DNA from: Vulcanimicrobiales bacterium
GTDB lineage: Bacteria; Vulcanimicrobiota; Vulcanimicrobiia; Vulcanimicrobiales; Vulcanimicrobiaceae
DNA: 64,000 bases
Direction of reading: 5' to 3'
Assembly (NCBI GenBank): GCA_038215615.1
Contig: JBBQQR010000003.1
Span: forward strand, 1-64,000
The notes beneath the pieces are model-generated. The model was not told where the DNA came from. It saw nothing but the letters and a program-made list of their open reading frames with translations, and made no database searches. The position numbers and the translations under genes were made by a program. Shown piece by piece: positions 1 through 9,851 of this stretch (positions are counted from its first letter, which is position 1; each line of letters starts with the position of its first letter).

Positions 1-931
1 TGTCGTCGATCGTCAGGCCGTGTTGTTTCAAGAGTTTCGGGATCGCATAAACGGGCGCGATGCCCATTTCGCCGGGCTCGTTTCCGACCACGACCAGGCC
101 GCGATAAAAGCCAAGCGGTTGTATTCCGCGCTTGTCGGCAAGTTTTGCATGCATGATGACGACCGCGGCCGCGCCGTCGGAGAGTTGCGACGAATTTCCG
201 GCCGTTACGCTCGATTCCGAGTTGAGCACGCCTTTGAGTTTCGCCAAACCTTCAAGCGTCGTATCGGGGCGGTTGCCTTCGTCGCCGGCTAACGTCACCA
301 ACTCTTCGCGGACCTCGCCCGTCTCCTTGGCTTCGACGTATTTCCAGGTTTCGAGCGGCACGATCTCCTTTTCGAACGCGCCGGCCTTTTGCGCCGCGGC
401 GGTACGCTGCTGACTTTGCAGCGCATATTCGTCCTGACGCTCGCGTGAAACGCCATATTTCTTGGCAACGAAATCAGCCGTCTGCAGCATCGGCATGTAG
501 ACATCGGGATCGTGGCGCAGCATCCAGCTCTCAGTAAAAAACTCGACGTTCATGTTGGTCTGCACCATGCTGATCGATTCCACGCCGCCCGCGACCACCG
601 AGCTTGCGCCGTCGACGATGATGCGCTGCGCTCCGACGGAGATGGCTTGCAGTCCTGACGCGCAGTAACGGTTGATTGTCGTGCCCGGAACGCTAACTGG
701 GAGACCCGCCCGCAACGCGGCGACGCGCCCGAGGTTATTTCCCGTCGCGCCCTCGGGAAGTCCAACGCCCATGACGACGTCGTCTATCTCGGCCGGATCG
801 AGCTCGACCCGATCGATTGCCGCACGCACCACGTGTCCGGCCATCGTCGCACCGTGCGTTTGATTGAAGGCGCCTCGAAACGCTTTGCCGATGGGCGTGC
901 GCGCGACCGCGACGATCGCGGCCTCACGCAT
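1..931 (-). CDS. fadA: Acetyl-CoA C-acyltransferase (thiolase), 3' end beyond window
   Basis: Manual translation from ATG at 931: MREAAIVAVARTPIGKAFRG...GTTINRYCASGLQAI...VAGGVESIS, thiolase motifs with catalytic Cys; overlaps stop of the upstream fadB-like gene. Confidence 0.92.
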   Translation of the reverse strand, partial: MREAAIVAVARTPIGKAFRGAFNQTHGATMAGHVVRAAIDRVELDPAEIDDVVMGVGLPEGATGNNLGRVAALRAGLPVSVPGTTINRYCASGLQAISVGAQRIIVDGASSVVAGGVESISMVQTNMNVEFFTESWMLRHDPDVYMPMLQTADFVAKKYGVSRERQDEYALQSQQRTAAAQKAGAFEKEIVPLETWKYVEAKETGEVREELVTLAGDEGNRPDTTLEGLAKLKGVLNSESSVTAGNSSQLSDGAAAVVIMHAKLADKRGIQPLGFYRGLVVVGNEPGEMGIAPVYAIPKLLKQHGLTIDD

Positions 932-2846
932 GAGTCAACGCTCGATGAAACATCGGGCCGCCGCGGTGCGGTGGGAATCCGTAACCGTAAATCCAGACGA
1001 TGTCGATGTCGCCCGGGCGCAGCGCCACGCCGTCGCGCAGAATTTCTTCGCCGGACGTAATGAGCGCGCCGACGATACGGCGCGCGATCTCTTCATCGCT
1101 CACATCGGGATTTTGCTTCACGCCCGCCGTATCGGCCAGCTCGGCAAAGAGCTGCTCGATCTCCTCGTCGCGAATCGCTTCGCGGCTGCTCTCGGCGTAT
1201 TTGTAAAAGCCTTTGCCGGTTTTTTGGCCGAGACGCTTTTGTTCGTAGAGACGCTCGAGAATCGGCGTCCGCGCCAGTTCCAGATCGGGCCGTCCTTGAG
1301 CGACGTGCCAGAACACGTCGATGCCCGAGAGGTCGAACGTAGCAAACGGCCCCATCGCCATGCCGAATTTTTTCATCGCCGCGTCGATCCGTGCGGGCGG
1401 GACCCCTTCTTCCGCGAGTGCGACCGCTTCGCGCGTGTATTCGAAGAACATCCGGTTTCCGATGAAACCGAACGCGTTCGCGGAAAGGACCGCGACCTTG
1501 CGCAGCTGCTTAGCGAGTTTAAACGCCGTCGCGAGCGTCTGTGCCGACGTCTCTTTGCCGCGCACGATCTCGAGCAGCTTCATGATGTTCGCCGGTGCGA
1601 AGAAATGCAAGCCGATAAATTGCCCGGGACGCTTCGTCACGGCCGCCATTTCGTCGATGTCGAGCGTTGAAGTATTCGACGCTAAAATCGCCCCCTGCTT
1701 GACGATCGGATCGAGTTTGCCGAAGACTTCTTTTTTCACCGCCATGTTTTCGAAGACCGCTTCGATAACCAGATCGCAGTCCGCCACTGCAGCATAGTCG
1801 TCACTGAACGCAATTGACTGGCCGCGTTTCCACGCTTCTTCTTGCGTCATGCGTCCGCGCTTCACCTGATGCATGAACATGCCGAAAATCGTTTGGCGCG
1901 CCTTCCCAATTTGATCGGCGTTGGGCTCGACGATGGTCACGGGAATGCCGGCGTTGGCAAACGTGATGGCGATCCCGGTTCCCATCGTGCCGCCGCCGAT
2001 CACGCCGGCAGTTTTTATCTCCAGCGCTTGCGCCGGCGGAAGTCCGGGAATTTTCGAGAGTTCGCGTTCGGCGAAAAATACATGACGCAGCGCGAGCGAC
2101 GGCGCGGAAGCAACGAGTTCGTCGAACAACCGGTATTCGCGTGCCAATCCGCGCGCGAAGGGAAGTTCGAACGCCGCTTGTACCGCATCGATCAGCTTGT
2201 GCGCGGCGAGCCCGCCGCTCTCTTCAGGCGGCACAGTCTTATGCGCCTGCGCAATAATATAAGGAAGCGCGAAGGCCTGCGCTGTCGCCGGCAGCTGCAC
2301 GTTCATTTCGGAGACGCGGCGTTTTTTTGGTTCCGGAAATGCACCCGCTTCACCAACTGCATCGATCAGCCCAAGCTCCAGAGCGCGGCCGGCACTAAGC
2401 GTCTCGCCCTTGAGCATCACCTGCAGCGCTTCTTGCGGATCGATCAACCGTGGTAAACGCTGCGTTCCGCCGGCGCCGGGAATGAGCCCGAGTTTAATTT
2501 CCGGCAAGCCCAGCTTTGAACGCGGCGTCGCGACGCGCATGTCGCAGACCAACGCGAGCTCGAGAGCACCACCCAGCGCAATCCCGTCGATAGCAGCGAT
2601 GAAAATTTTGTCGCTGCGCTCGATCGCCTCGATGATGTCGCGCACGGTCGTTCCGCTGGGATCCCAAGCGTTTTGAAAATCGTTGACGTCCACGCCCGCA
2701 CTAAAGAACCCGTTCGCGCCCGTGATCGTGACGGTCGTTACAGACGGATCTCTCTCCGCGTCTTCGATCTCTTTGAGGATTTTCTCGGAATACTTGAACG
2801 AGAGCGCGTTGACCGGCGGATTGTCGAGCGTGATAAGCCTGTTCAT
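924..2846 (-). CDS. fadB: Enoyl-CoA hydratase / 3-hydroxyacyl-CoA dehydrogenase multifunctional protein
   Basis: Crotonase motifs (NPPVNAL, GGALEL, GLPEIKLG, GGTQRLPRL) followed by GGGTMG, EAVFE, SNTS, GLHFF. Confidence 0.93.
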   Translation of the reverse strand: MNRLITLDNPPVNALSFKYSEKILKEIEDAERDPSVTTVTITGANGFFSAGVDVNDFQNAWDPSGTTVRDIIEAIERSDKIFIAAIDGIALGGALELALVCDMRVATPRSKLGLPEIKLGLIPGAGGTQRLPRLIDPQEALQVMLKGETLSAGRALELGLIDAVGEAGAFPEPKKRRVSEMNVQLPATAQAFALPYIIAQAHKTVPPEESGGLAAHKLIDAVQAAFELPFARGLAREYRLFDELVASAPSLALRHVFFAERELSKIPGLPPAQALEIKTAGVIGGGTMGTGIAITFANAGIPVTIVEPNADQIGKARQTIFGMFMHQVKRGRMTQEEAWKRGQSIAFSDDYAAVADCDLVIEAVFENMAVKKEVFGKLDPIVKQGAILASNTSTLDIDEMAAVTKRPGQFIGLHFFAPANIMKLLEIVRGKETSAQTLATAFKLAKQLRKVAVLSANAFGFIGNRMFFEYTREAVALAEEGVPPARIDAAMKKFGMAMGPFATFDLSGIDVFWHVAQGRPDLELARTPILERLYEQKRLGQKTGKGFYKYAESSREAIRDEEIEQLFAELADTAGVKQNPDVSDEEIARRIVGALITSGEEILRDGVALRPGDIDIVWIYGYGFPPHRGGPMFHRALTHA

Positions 2847-4630
2847 GCCACCGCCGCCTTGCGATCCAAATCAAACTGTGCCTGCGAAAGCATCATGACA
2901 TCGCCCGACCCATCGATCACTTCGCGCGCCAGTGACGCGCTTTGGATGAGGATATGCGCCGCATAAAACTTCGCGGTTGCCAGCTTGGCCTTGTAAAACT
3001 CGGCCTCGGGATCTCCGGCCGCGATTTTCGCCTCCGCGATCGAGGCGGCGCGCGCCATCTGCCAGCCGCCCGCGGTAACTCCCCAAAGTTTCAGGTATGG
3101 CACGCTGCAGGCAACGGCGACGCGCAGATCGCCCATCGCGGTCATGCCGATCCAGTCCGACGTCTCCGAAAGCGACGCGAGCGCTTGCGCGAGTTCCGTT
3201 CCGATCGGCCCTTCGGCGTCCTTGCGCATCTGCGAAATCATCGTCTTGGCCGTTGCGCCCATATCTTGCGCGATCTTTCGTCCAACCAGGTCGAGCGCCT
3301 GAATGCCGGTCGTTCCTTCGTAAATCGTCGTGATACGGACGTCGCGGTACTGTTGCGCAATGCCGGTCTCTTCCACGTAGCCGGTACCGCCGAATACTTG
3401 CACCGCCGTCGAGCAAATTTCCACGGCGGTCTCCGTGCACCAGCCCTTCACGACCGGAATCATCAGCTCCAAAAAGGCGCGGTTCGCCTGACGGACCCCT
3501 GCGTCGGGATGCTTGGCGGAAAGGTCCAGCGACGCAGCGGTCACATAGGCGAGCGCGCGCATCGCCTCGAGTTGCGCTTTCATCGACATCAACATGCGCC
3601 GCACGTCGGGATGCTCGACGATCGGACGTGGTTCGGGGTTGCGCGACGCGATGTCGCGCGACTGCACGCGTTCCTTGGCGTACTGCAGAGCGCTTTGGTA
3701 CGCGCGATCGGCAATCGCAAGACCTTGCACACCGACGCTGAAACGCGCGGCGTTCATCATGATGAACATGTTCTTCAGGCCTTCGTTGGGTTTTCCGATC
3801 AAGAAGCCGGCTGCGCCGCCTTGTTCGCCGTAATTGAGCGTGCACGTCGGATTGGCATTAAGCCCGAGTTTATGTTCGATGCCCGCGCAGTGCACGTCGT
3901 TGCGCTCGCCGAGTTCTCCGCCGGGACCGATCAAGAACTTCGGCACGATGAACATCGAGATGCCCTTGGTGCCTTGCGGCGCATCCGGAAGCCGCGCCAG
4001 CACCAAGTGAATGATGTTGGCCGCCATGTCGTGCTCGCCGAAGGTAATAAATATTTTCTGACCGGCGATGCGGTAGCGATCTCCGTCGGGTACTGCCTTG
4101 GTGCGCACTTGCGCCAAATCCGATCCGGCCTGCGGTTCGGTCAGACACATCGTGCCGGTCCATTCGCCTGAAACCAGCTTGGGAATGTACTGCGCCTTCT
4201 GCTCGTCGGAGCCGATCAACTCAATCGCTTCGATCGCGCCCTGGTTGAGCAGCGGACCGTTTGCGAATCCGACGTTGGCGCCGTTCCACATTTCGAGCGT
4301 CGCACCGGACAGGAGCGCAGGCAACCCTTGACCACCGTGCTCGGGTGGAACCGCTAGACCGATCCAGCCGGCGCGCGCGAACTGCGCGTACGCTTCCTTA
4401 AAGCCCTTGGGAGTACTTACGGCGCCGTCGCGCCACGTACAGCCTTCTTTGTCACCGCTCCGGTTAATCGGATCGAGCACCCCGGCCGCAAAAGCGGCAG
4501 CTTCTTCGAGTACCGCGTCGGCTACGCCGGCGGCTTCTTCGAATCCGGGAAGTTTGGAAATTTCATCGAGTCCGGCCAGTTCGCGCAGGACGAACTGCAT
4601 GTCCCGCAACGGGGCTTGGTAGGGTGCCAT
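2843..4630 (-). CDS. Acyl-CoA dehydrogenase
   Basis: MCLTEPQAGSD, GQKIFIT, IEHKLG, GGTGY, IYEGT motifs; ATGA-coupled to fadB-like gene. Confidence 0.95.
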   Translation of the reverse strand: MAPYQAPLRDMQFVLRELAGLDEISKLPGFEEAAGVADAVLEEAAAFAAGVLDPINRSGDKEGCTWRDGAVSTPKGFKEAYAQFARAGWIGLAVPPEHGGQGLPALLSGATLEMWNGANVGFANGPLLNQGAIEAIELIGSDEQKAQYIPKLVSGEWTGTMCLTEPQAGSDLAQVRTKAVPDGDRYRIAGQKIFITFGEHDMAANIIHLVLARLPDAPQGTKGISMFIVPKFLIGPGGELGERNDVHCAGIEHKLGLNANPTCTLNYGEQGGAAGFLIGKPNEGLKNMFIMMNAARFSVGVQGLAIADRAYQSALQYAKERVQSRDIASRNPEPRPIVEHPDVRRMLMSMKAQLEAMRALAYVTAASLDLSAKHPDAGVRQANRAFLELMIPVVKGWCTETAVEICSTAVQVFGGTGYVEETGIAQQYRDVRITTIYEGTTGIQALDLVGRKIAQDMGATAKTMISQMRKDAEGPIGTELAQALASLSETSDWIGMTAMGDLRVAVACSVPYLKLWGVTAGGWQMARAASIAEAKIAAGDPEAEFYKAKLATAKFYAAHILIQSASLAREVIDGSGDVMMLSQAQFDLDRKAAVA

Positions 4631-4674
4631 ATGATAATTTTAATATATATGCCGCCCGCACGCTGCCTCCTGTC

Positions 4675-4836
4675 CTAGAGGTCGACTTCGTCCTTTTCCA
4701 ACTTGTCTAAGATGAAGCGCGCGTACCACTCGGGCCAGTCGGCATCGGCATGGCCGACCTGCTTCTCATACTCGGCATGCGCGCTTTCGGCCTCACGCAA
4801 AAGGCCTGCCAATTCATCCACGGTAACTTCGTACAT
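4675..4836 (-). CDS. Small hypothetical protein (53 aa), AHxEYE...DWPEWYA motif
   Basis: GGAGGT Shine-Dalgarno before ATG 4836; motif resembles the small helical tail of some VOC/glyoxalase proteins (from memory). Confidence 0.7.
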   Translation of the reverse strand: MYEVTVDELAGLLREAESAHAEYEKQVGHADADWPEWYARFILDKLEKDEVDL

Positions 4837-4911
4837 CAGTACCTCCATGGCGCACTTTCGCGGCGGAGGGCAAGGCAGCCTAGCCGAGCGTATGGTACAA
4901 TTTTGAGCGCA

Positions 4912-5310
4912 ATGACGAAAAACTACCGGCTCGTCTACGACATCGTGCGCGAACAAACGCGCGGTGCGCATGTGGCTCCGGCCGACGTTTTTACGCTTGC
5001 AAAAAAGAAGCGACACGGCATCGGCTTCACCACCGTCTACCGCGCGCTGGCGCGCCTTCGCGAGCTCGGTTTAGTCTCCGAAATTTCGGTACCGGGCGCC
5101 GACAGCTCGTATTACGAGACCGCGGGACCCGAGCACGCACATTTTCGCTGCGAAAAATGCGGCACCATCGAAGATATCGACTACGCGCTCGATTCGAGCA
5201 TCGTCAACGAGATCGCGCGCAAACACGCCATCGCGGTTCGCGACGTGTCGCTCAATCTGCGGGGAAAATGCCGGCGCTGTACAGATCGCACCGAGTCGCC
5301 GGTACGCTGA
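4912..5310 (+). CDS. Fur family transcriptional regulator
   Basis: TVYRAL..L...G, HAHFRCEKCG and C-terminal CRRC; extended -10 TGGTACAAT at 4893-4901. Confidence 0.9.
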   Translation: MTKNYRLVYDIVREQTRGAHVAPADVFTLAKKKRHGIGFTTVYRALARLRELGLVSEISVPGADSSYYETAGPEHAHFRCEKCGTIEDIDYALDSSIVNEIARKHAIAVRDVSLNLRGKCRRCTDRTESPVR

Positions 5311-5336
5311 TCGCACCGCCATCCGGTTTCGCCCTC

Positions 5337-6041
5337 ATGCACTTTCTTGCGCTGCTGTTGGGAGTAACCGTGGCAGCATCGCCCGCGCCGAGTCCTGCAC
5401 CGCTGACGCCACTAAAAGTCATCGGCAGCGTGCGATCCACACCGTTTTGTACGGCGCTGCGCGAAACGACCGGCCCGGCAATCGCGGCCGTTCTTTCAAA
5501 CGACGATCTGATCGCATCGAGCGAGCCGTCATTCGCGACGCTCTATCACGATGATGTCGTGGCGCGCTCGCAAGCGCGCGCGCACCTGGATCTCAACCGC
5601 CTGGAAAGCCTCATTACTCCGATCGTCGCAAACGTCAAACGCATCGACACGCTGCTCGCCGGCAAGCCGGTCGATCCAAAGCTGCAAGCCGTGCACGAGA
5701 AGCTGCAAGCCGTCTTAGCCCAACAGAAAGAATCCCTGAACGTCATTTCAGGCTTCGTTGCAACCGAGCAACTGGGCGAGATCCAAAACGCCGGGACGGA
5801 CGCGCGTCCCGCTCCGGCGCAGGCGCCGCCTCCGGCCGCGAAGAGTCTGTTTTCAGCCGGCGTTCATAACGCGAATCCCGGTCCGCGCGATCCGCGCTAT
5901 GATGCGGCAACCGTAGGGCCGACCTACGATCCGTTTGCTCCGCTCGTCTCCCAGATTCACATGCAGCGGCTTGCGGCCCAGAGCTCCGAAAGCGCCGCCG
6001 CGCAGCTGGTCACCGACGCGCTCAAACTGTGTGCCCCTTAG
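5337..6041 (+). CDS. Secreted hypothetical protein
   Basis: Signal peptide MHFLALLLGVTVAA followed by SPAPSPAP linker; helical body. Confidence 0.75.
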   Translation: MHFLALLLGVTVAASPAPSPAPLTPLKVIGSVRSTPFCTALRETTGPAIAAVLSNDDLIASSEPSFATLYHDDVVARSQARAHLDLNRLESLITPIVANVKRIDTLLAGKPVDPKLQAVHEKLQAVLAQQKESLNVISGFVATEQLGEIQNAGTDARPAPAQAPPPAAKSLFSAGVHNANPGPRDPRYDAATVGPTYDPFAPLVSQIHMQRLAAQSSESAAAQLVTDALKLCAP

Positions 6042-6903
6042 CCGCTGCCGCCGCATCGTAGCTGCTGTTCAAGAACTCTAAGATCGCGGCGCGCGGCGAC
6101 GACGCGGCCCGCGCGTCCTCGTACCGGAAGATGAATTCACCGATATCTTTGTTCCAGCCGGCGCCGGCGGGGCGAATCACCGCGCGCTCGAGCCCGTCGG
6201 GCTTTGGGGCCATGTAGCTGTAAAAGGCCGGTTCGCCTAAGCGGCCGTCACCAAACCAAAAACCCGCGCAGATCATTTCAGCATCTAGGCCTTCGCGCAT
6301 CAGCATGTTCGCGCCGGGCGGCGCGCTCGCCGCGCGCCCTGTGAAGCGGAAGTAAGCGAGATCAAACGAGCCCCAAAAGAATTGCACGAGCGAATGCCGC
6401 CCGCGAAACGGCGCGCGGTATTCCCGAAGGACGCTATCCACTCCCGAGAGGATCGTCCAGAAGCGCGCGATCTCGCCTTCTTCGTACGTGTCGTGTCCGG
6501 TATCTTCGTTCAAAGGAATGGGATTGGGAACTTCTTGCGGTTCAGGGTTGATCGCTACGTCGATCCCGAGCCGCGCGAGCGTTGCCATCATTGCGGAATA
6601 AAAATCGGCCACGGTGCGCGATTCCAGATGAATCGATGCGCCCGGTCCCAGGCTCGTCGCGATCTCGACGTAATGGCGCAGAAAATCGAACTGAATCTCA
6701 AAGGTGTGGTCCCGATACGGGATAGGCCCGGTTGTCAAACCGCGCGAGTTAACGTACAGAGCCGTCTGCTGCCACTCCGGCTCGCGCGGGGAAAGCGCGA
6801 GCCTGATCTTCCCGGGAATTTGCGAGTACATGTGGATCGTATCGAGCGTTTCTTTCCACTGCGAGTACGGAAGCGAAGGCCACGGGATGTGCGATTGAGG
6901 CAT
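6022..6903 (-). CDS. DUF5996-like protein
   Basis: W..T..T.H...QI.GKIRL, LYV..RGLTT, S.V.FFWGSFDLA, GFW.G, PAFYSY..P.P motifs. Confidence 0.85.
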   Translation of the reverse strand: MPQSHIPWPSLPYSQWKETLDTIHMYSQIPGKIRLALSPREPEWQQTALYVNSRGLTTGPIPYRDHTFEIQFDFLRHYVEIATSLGPGASIHLESRTVADFYSAMMATLARLGIDVAINPEPQEVPNPIPLNEDTGHDTYEEGEIARFWTILSGVDSVLREYRAPFRGRHSLVQFFWGSFDLAYFRFTGRAASAPPGANMLMREGLDAEMICAGFWFGDGRLGEPAFYSYMAPKPDGLERAVIRPAGAGWNKDIGEFIFRYEDARAASSPRAAILEFLNSSYDAAAAAKGHTV

Positions 6904-6968
6904 AGGTGCGCCTTCGCGGGTTCGGGCATCCCTTCATCCGCGTGCAACGTTTTGGTCATCGTCCGGAC

Positions 6969-7634
6969 ATGCTGCTCGGGCATCGTAGTCCGATGCTTCA
7001 CTCTGCCCGCGAGGCCGCTCTCGCACTTCTGGAGGACGGCCGGCACGAACATGCCTGCGTATTGCGCACGCTCTCGAAATTCGGTGTCGCGCCGCTGCGT
7101 TTCGCCGGCCGTCACGGAATCCGCGTCGTACCCTTAGCTCGACACGAATCTTACGGCGCACGGTCGCCCGCGCTCAGGCGCTTGGCGATCGACGTCGATG
7201 CATGGCCCGCTCCGCCGGCGGGCCTTTTTGTGGTCGAGGAACGGACCGTTTACTTGCGTTCGCGCAGCGCCATGACCGTCGCGCACGAATTCGGACACGC
7301 TTTGGACTGCGCGCTGGGCGGCGGCATTTACCGCTCCGGCGTAGATCCCGTCTTGCGCCGTCTCTTCAGCCAAGCGCGCGCGTTCATCACCCCGTACGCG
7401 GCCACGGGCACGGATGAATATTTCGCTGAGTGCCTGCGCGCATACGTCGAAGCCAACGATGCGCACTCGTTCTGGCCGCGGGCGACGCGTGCGCGTTTGG
7501 CGCGCATCGACAGCGGCATGTTCGAGTACGTCGAACGGCTATTTACAACGGAGCTGCGTTTAACCTATGGAGTCGACGCGACTTGCGCGGACGTTACCGG
7601 CCCGGCTTTGTTTCCCCACGACGAACGAATGTAG
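6969..7634 (+). CDS. HEXXH zinc metallopeptidase, anthrax-LF/PPEP-1-like catalytic domain
   Basis: VAHEFGHALD...YAATGTDEYFAE; start uncertain (6906/6969/6993); 70-bp tail overlap with convergent cytochrome c gene. Confidence 0.75.
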   Translation: MLLGHRSPMLHSAREAALALLEDGRHEHACVLRTLSKFGVAPLRFAGRHGIRVVPLARHESYGARSPALRRLAIDVDAWPAPPAGLFVVEERTVYLRSRSAMTVAHEFGHALDCALGGGIYRSGVDPVLRRLFSQARAFITPYAATGTDEYFAECLRAYVEANDAHSFWPRATRARLARIDSGMFEYVERLFTTELRLTYGVDATCADVTGPALFPHDERM

Positions 7635-8008
7635 GTGATCACCGCGGCGATGTCGCTCGTGCTGAGCGTGCCTTTCCAAGCGGGCATCGTTCCGTTAAAC
7701 GTTTTCCCGCCGACGGAAATCGTACCGGTCAGCCCGCTGTTCACAACGTGAATGACCTTGCTCGCGTTGCCCGTGACGACGGGATTGCCGGCGAGCGGCG
7801 GACCGATCGCACCCTTGCCGTCACTTTGATGACAGGTCGAACAGTTCATCGTGTACACTGCGAGGCCGCCGGAGCTCGCCATCACTTTGCTGGTCTTCGC
7901 CTTCGCGGGCGTTGTCGTCGTCGCGCCGCTGCCATGAGAGTTCGAGCACGCCGCCAAACCGCAAGAGAGGAGCGCCGCTCCAAGAAGAATGCCGACCGAA
8001 CGTTGCAT
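7565..8008 (-). CDS. Monoheme cytochrome c lipoprotein
   Basis: Lipobox LAAC, CSTCH, GPPLAG, distal Met in GTMPAW. Confidence 0.92.
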   Translation of the reverse strand: MQRSVGILLGAALLSCGLAACSNSHGSGATTTTPAKAKTSKVMASSGGLAVYTMNCSTCHQSDGKGAIGPPLAGNPVVTGNASKVIHVVNSGLTGTISVGGKTFNGTMPAWKGTLSTSDIAAVITYIRSSWGNKAGPVTSAQVASTP

Positions 8009-8024
8009 GCCTCTTCCTTCCGCC

Positions 8025-9791
8025 TTAGACTTCGCTTGAGGTTGTGCTAGTACTACCCTCGAAGGCGGGCGCCTGCGCGCCTCCGTGTTTCGCATGGTAC
8101 ATGCGGTGATCGGCGGCTTCCATCAACGCGTCGGCTTCTTCACCGTCGCGCGGGAAGATCGCGGCGCCGACGCTCATGCCGACGGTCACGAGCGAACCTT
8201 CCACCATGATGTGCGTGTCCAAAATGCGCACGACGTTGGCTTGCACTGAATCCAGCACGGCGGGTTCGCTCAGCCCGGTCACGAGCACCGCGAATTCGTC
8301 GCCGCCCATGCGGGCGACCGTGTCGCCGGGGCGAACAGCGTTCTTTAGCCGGCGCGAAAAAATCTGCAGCAAGATGTCGCCGACGCGGTGACCATAGCGA
8401 TCGTTCACCGCCTTAAAGTCGTCGAGATCGATGTAGAGCACGCCCAAGAGCAAGCCGGAACGGCGCGCGTATTCGACCTCGTCTTCAAACGTTTCGAAGA
8501 ACGCCAGGCGGTTGTCGATGCCCGTCAACGCATCGCGGGTCGCGAGCGTTTTCAACTCGATGTTACGCTGCGCCGTGCGCGTCAGTTCGGCTTCTGCTTT
8601 CGAACGCTCGCCGTCGAGAACGCGGATGCGGTCGAGCAAACTGAAGGAAAGAATGACGCATTCCGCCATCGCGCCGAACTCGACGCCGTTTCCCGCGAAA
8701 AACCAGTTGCCGGAAGGTGCGAACACATTGTAAGCGAGGTTGGCCACGATGCCCGCCAACGCCGGCACGAACGCCGCCACGAAGAACCGCGCCGGATGAT
8801 ATCCGGCCCGCATCCGAACTGCGCCCGCGCAGACCGTCACGATCATCGCGGCGAACTGCGCCAAGAGCACGAGCGCTTCAACCCGCTCTCCTCCGGAAAA
8901 AGCGTGGCGGGCAACTTCCGACGTGACGACTACCACAAACGCCGCGATCAGCAGCCGGTCCCACTTGGGCGCCGCGGTGCGCGTTTGCAAGAACGAGCGC
9001 GTGAACCCAAGGAACGTTCCGAACGCCAGCAGCTCGGTCACGACGCTGGGCCAACGCTCGTCGAATCCGATGCCGGGCCACAGGTAGGCACTTCCCAGCC
9101 CGGTCGTCACCAATTCGTTTGCGATCAGCGCGCCGACATATCCGACGAACCACGCCGCACTGCGGTCGCGCACGGCGAAAGCCACATACAAATTGCACAG
9201 ACCGATCGCCAGCAAAATACCAAAGAACAGCCCGTCGATCAGACGGTAGAGAAACGTTTGCGCCATCCGGTCGCCCAGCGTATTGGCGCGCACCCAGAGG
9301 GTCGAATCCGCGTGATACGTGATGCGCAAAAACAGGGGCTTGGCAGTGGTTGCCGCCATTCGATCGATCGTGATCCCGATCGTCATATAGGACTCGGCGT
9401 GGCGATTGTACGGCACCGCGGAGCCGATCAAGAGCGTCCGGTAGCCGCGCGCTTGCGGAACGTAGACTTCACCGCCGGTTACGTTTCGGGGCAGAGAGAG
9501 AACCCACGGTCCACTCGCGCCCTTTTGCGCACCCAGCGGCACGCGGATCCAAACGGTTGAAAGGCCGCTGCCCTTCACCGGATTATTGGCGGCAAACGAA
9601 GCCGCGCCGGAGAGCACCGACGACGCCGAAGTCGATCCGGCCGCGTAAAGAACCTGCGACGTCAGATCAAGGGTGCGCGATTCGTCTGATAGGAAGCTGG
9701 AGGCAGCCGCGTGTGCGGCCGGCGCGCACAACAGCCAGAGCACCATGCAAACGGCCGGTGCCGCGAGGCGCTTGCGCCGGTACGACGGCAT
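8025..9791 (-). CDS. 7TMR-DISM sensor diguanylate cyclase
   Basis: Signal peptide, extracellular domain, ~7 TM helices, DALTG, DLDDFKAVND, RMGGDEF. Confidence 0.92.
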   Translation of the reverse strand: MPSYRRKRLAAPAVCMVLWLLCAPAAHAAASSFLSDESRTLDLTSQVLYAAGSTSASSVLSGAASFAANNPVKGSGLSTVWIRVPLGAQKGASGPWVLSLPRNVTGGEVYVPQARGYRTLLIGSAVPYNRHAESYMTIGITIDRMAATTAKPLFLRITYHADSTLWVRANTLGDRMAQTFLYRLIDGLFFGILLAIGLCNLYVAFAVRDRSAAWFVGYVGALIANELVTTGLGSAYLWPGIGFDERWPSVVTELLAFGTFLGFTRSFLQTRTAAPKWDRLLIAAFVVVVTSEVARHAFSGGERVEALVLLAQFAAMIVTVCAGAVRMRAGYHPARFFVAAFVPALAGIVANLAYNVFAPSGNWFFAGNGVEFGAMAECVILSFSLLDRIRVLDGERSKAEAELTRTAQRNIELKTLATRDALTGIDNRLAFFETFEDEVEYARRSGLLLGVLYIDLDDFKAVNDRYGHRVGDILLQIFSRRLKNAVRPGDTVARMGGDEFAVLVTGLSEPAVLDSVQANVVRILDTHIMVEGSLVTVGMSVGAAIFPRDGEEADALMEAADHRMYHAKHGGAQAPAFEGSTSTTSSEV

Positions 9792-9851
9792 CCCGTGCAG
9801 TTCACACGCGCTCTCCGGCTACGCCTGCAATTCACACACAAGCATAACAAA

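Noticed and set aside
2871..4171. Long overlapping alternative-frame ORFs here and across the window (e.g. 8388-9560, 20313-21488, 27187-28365)
   Set aside because: Expected stop-poor shadows of real genes in high-GC DNA; no motifs or initiation signals
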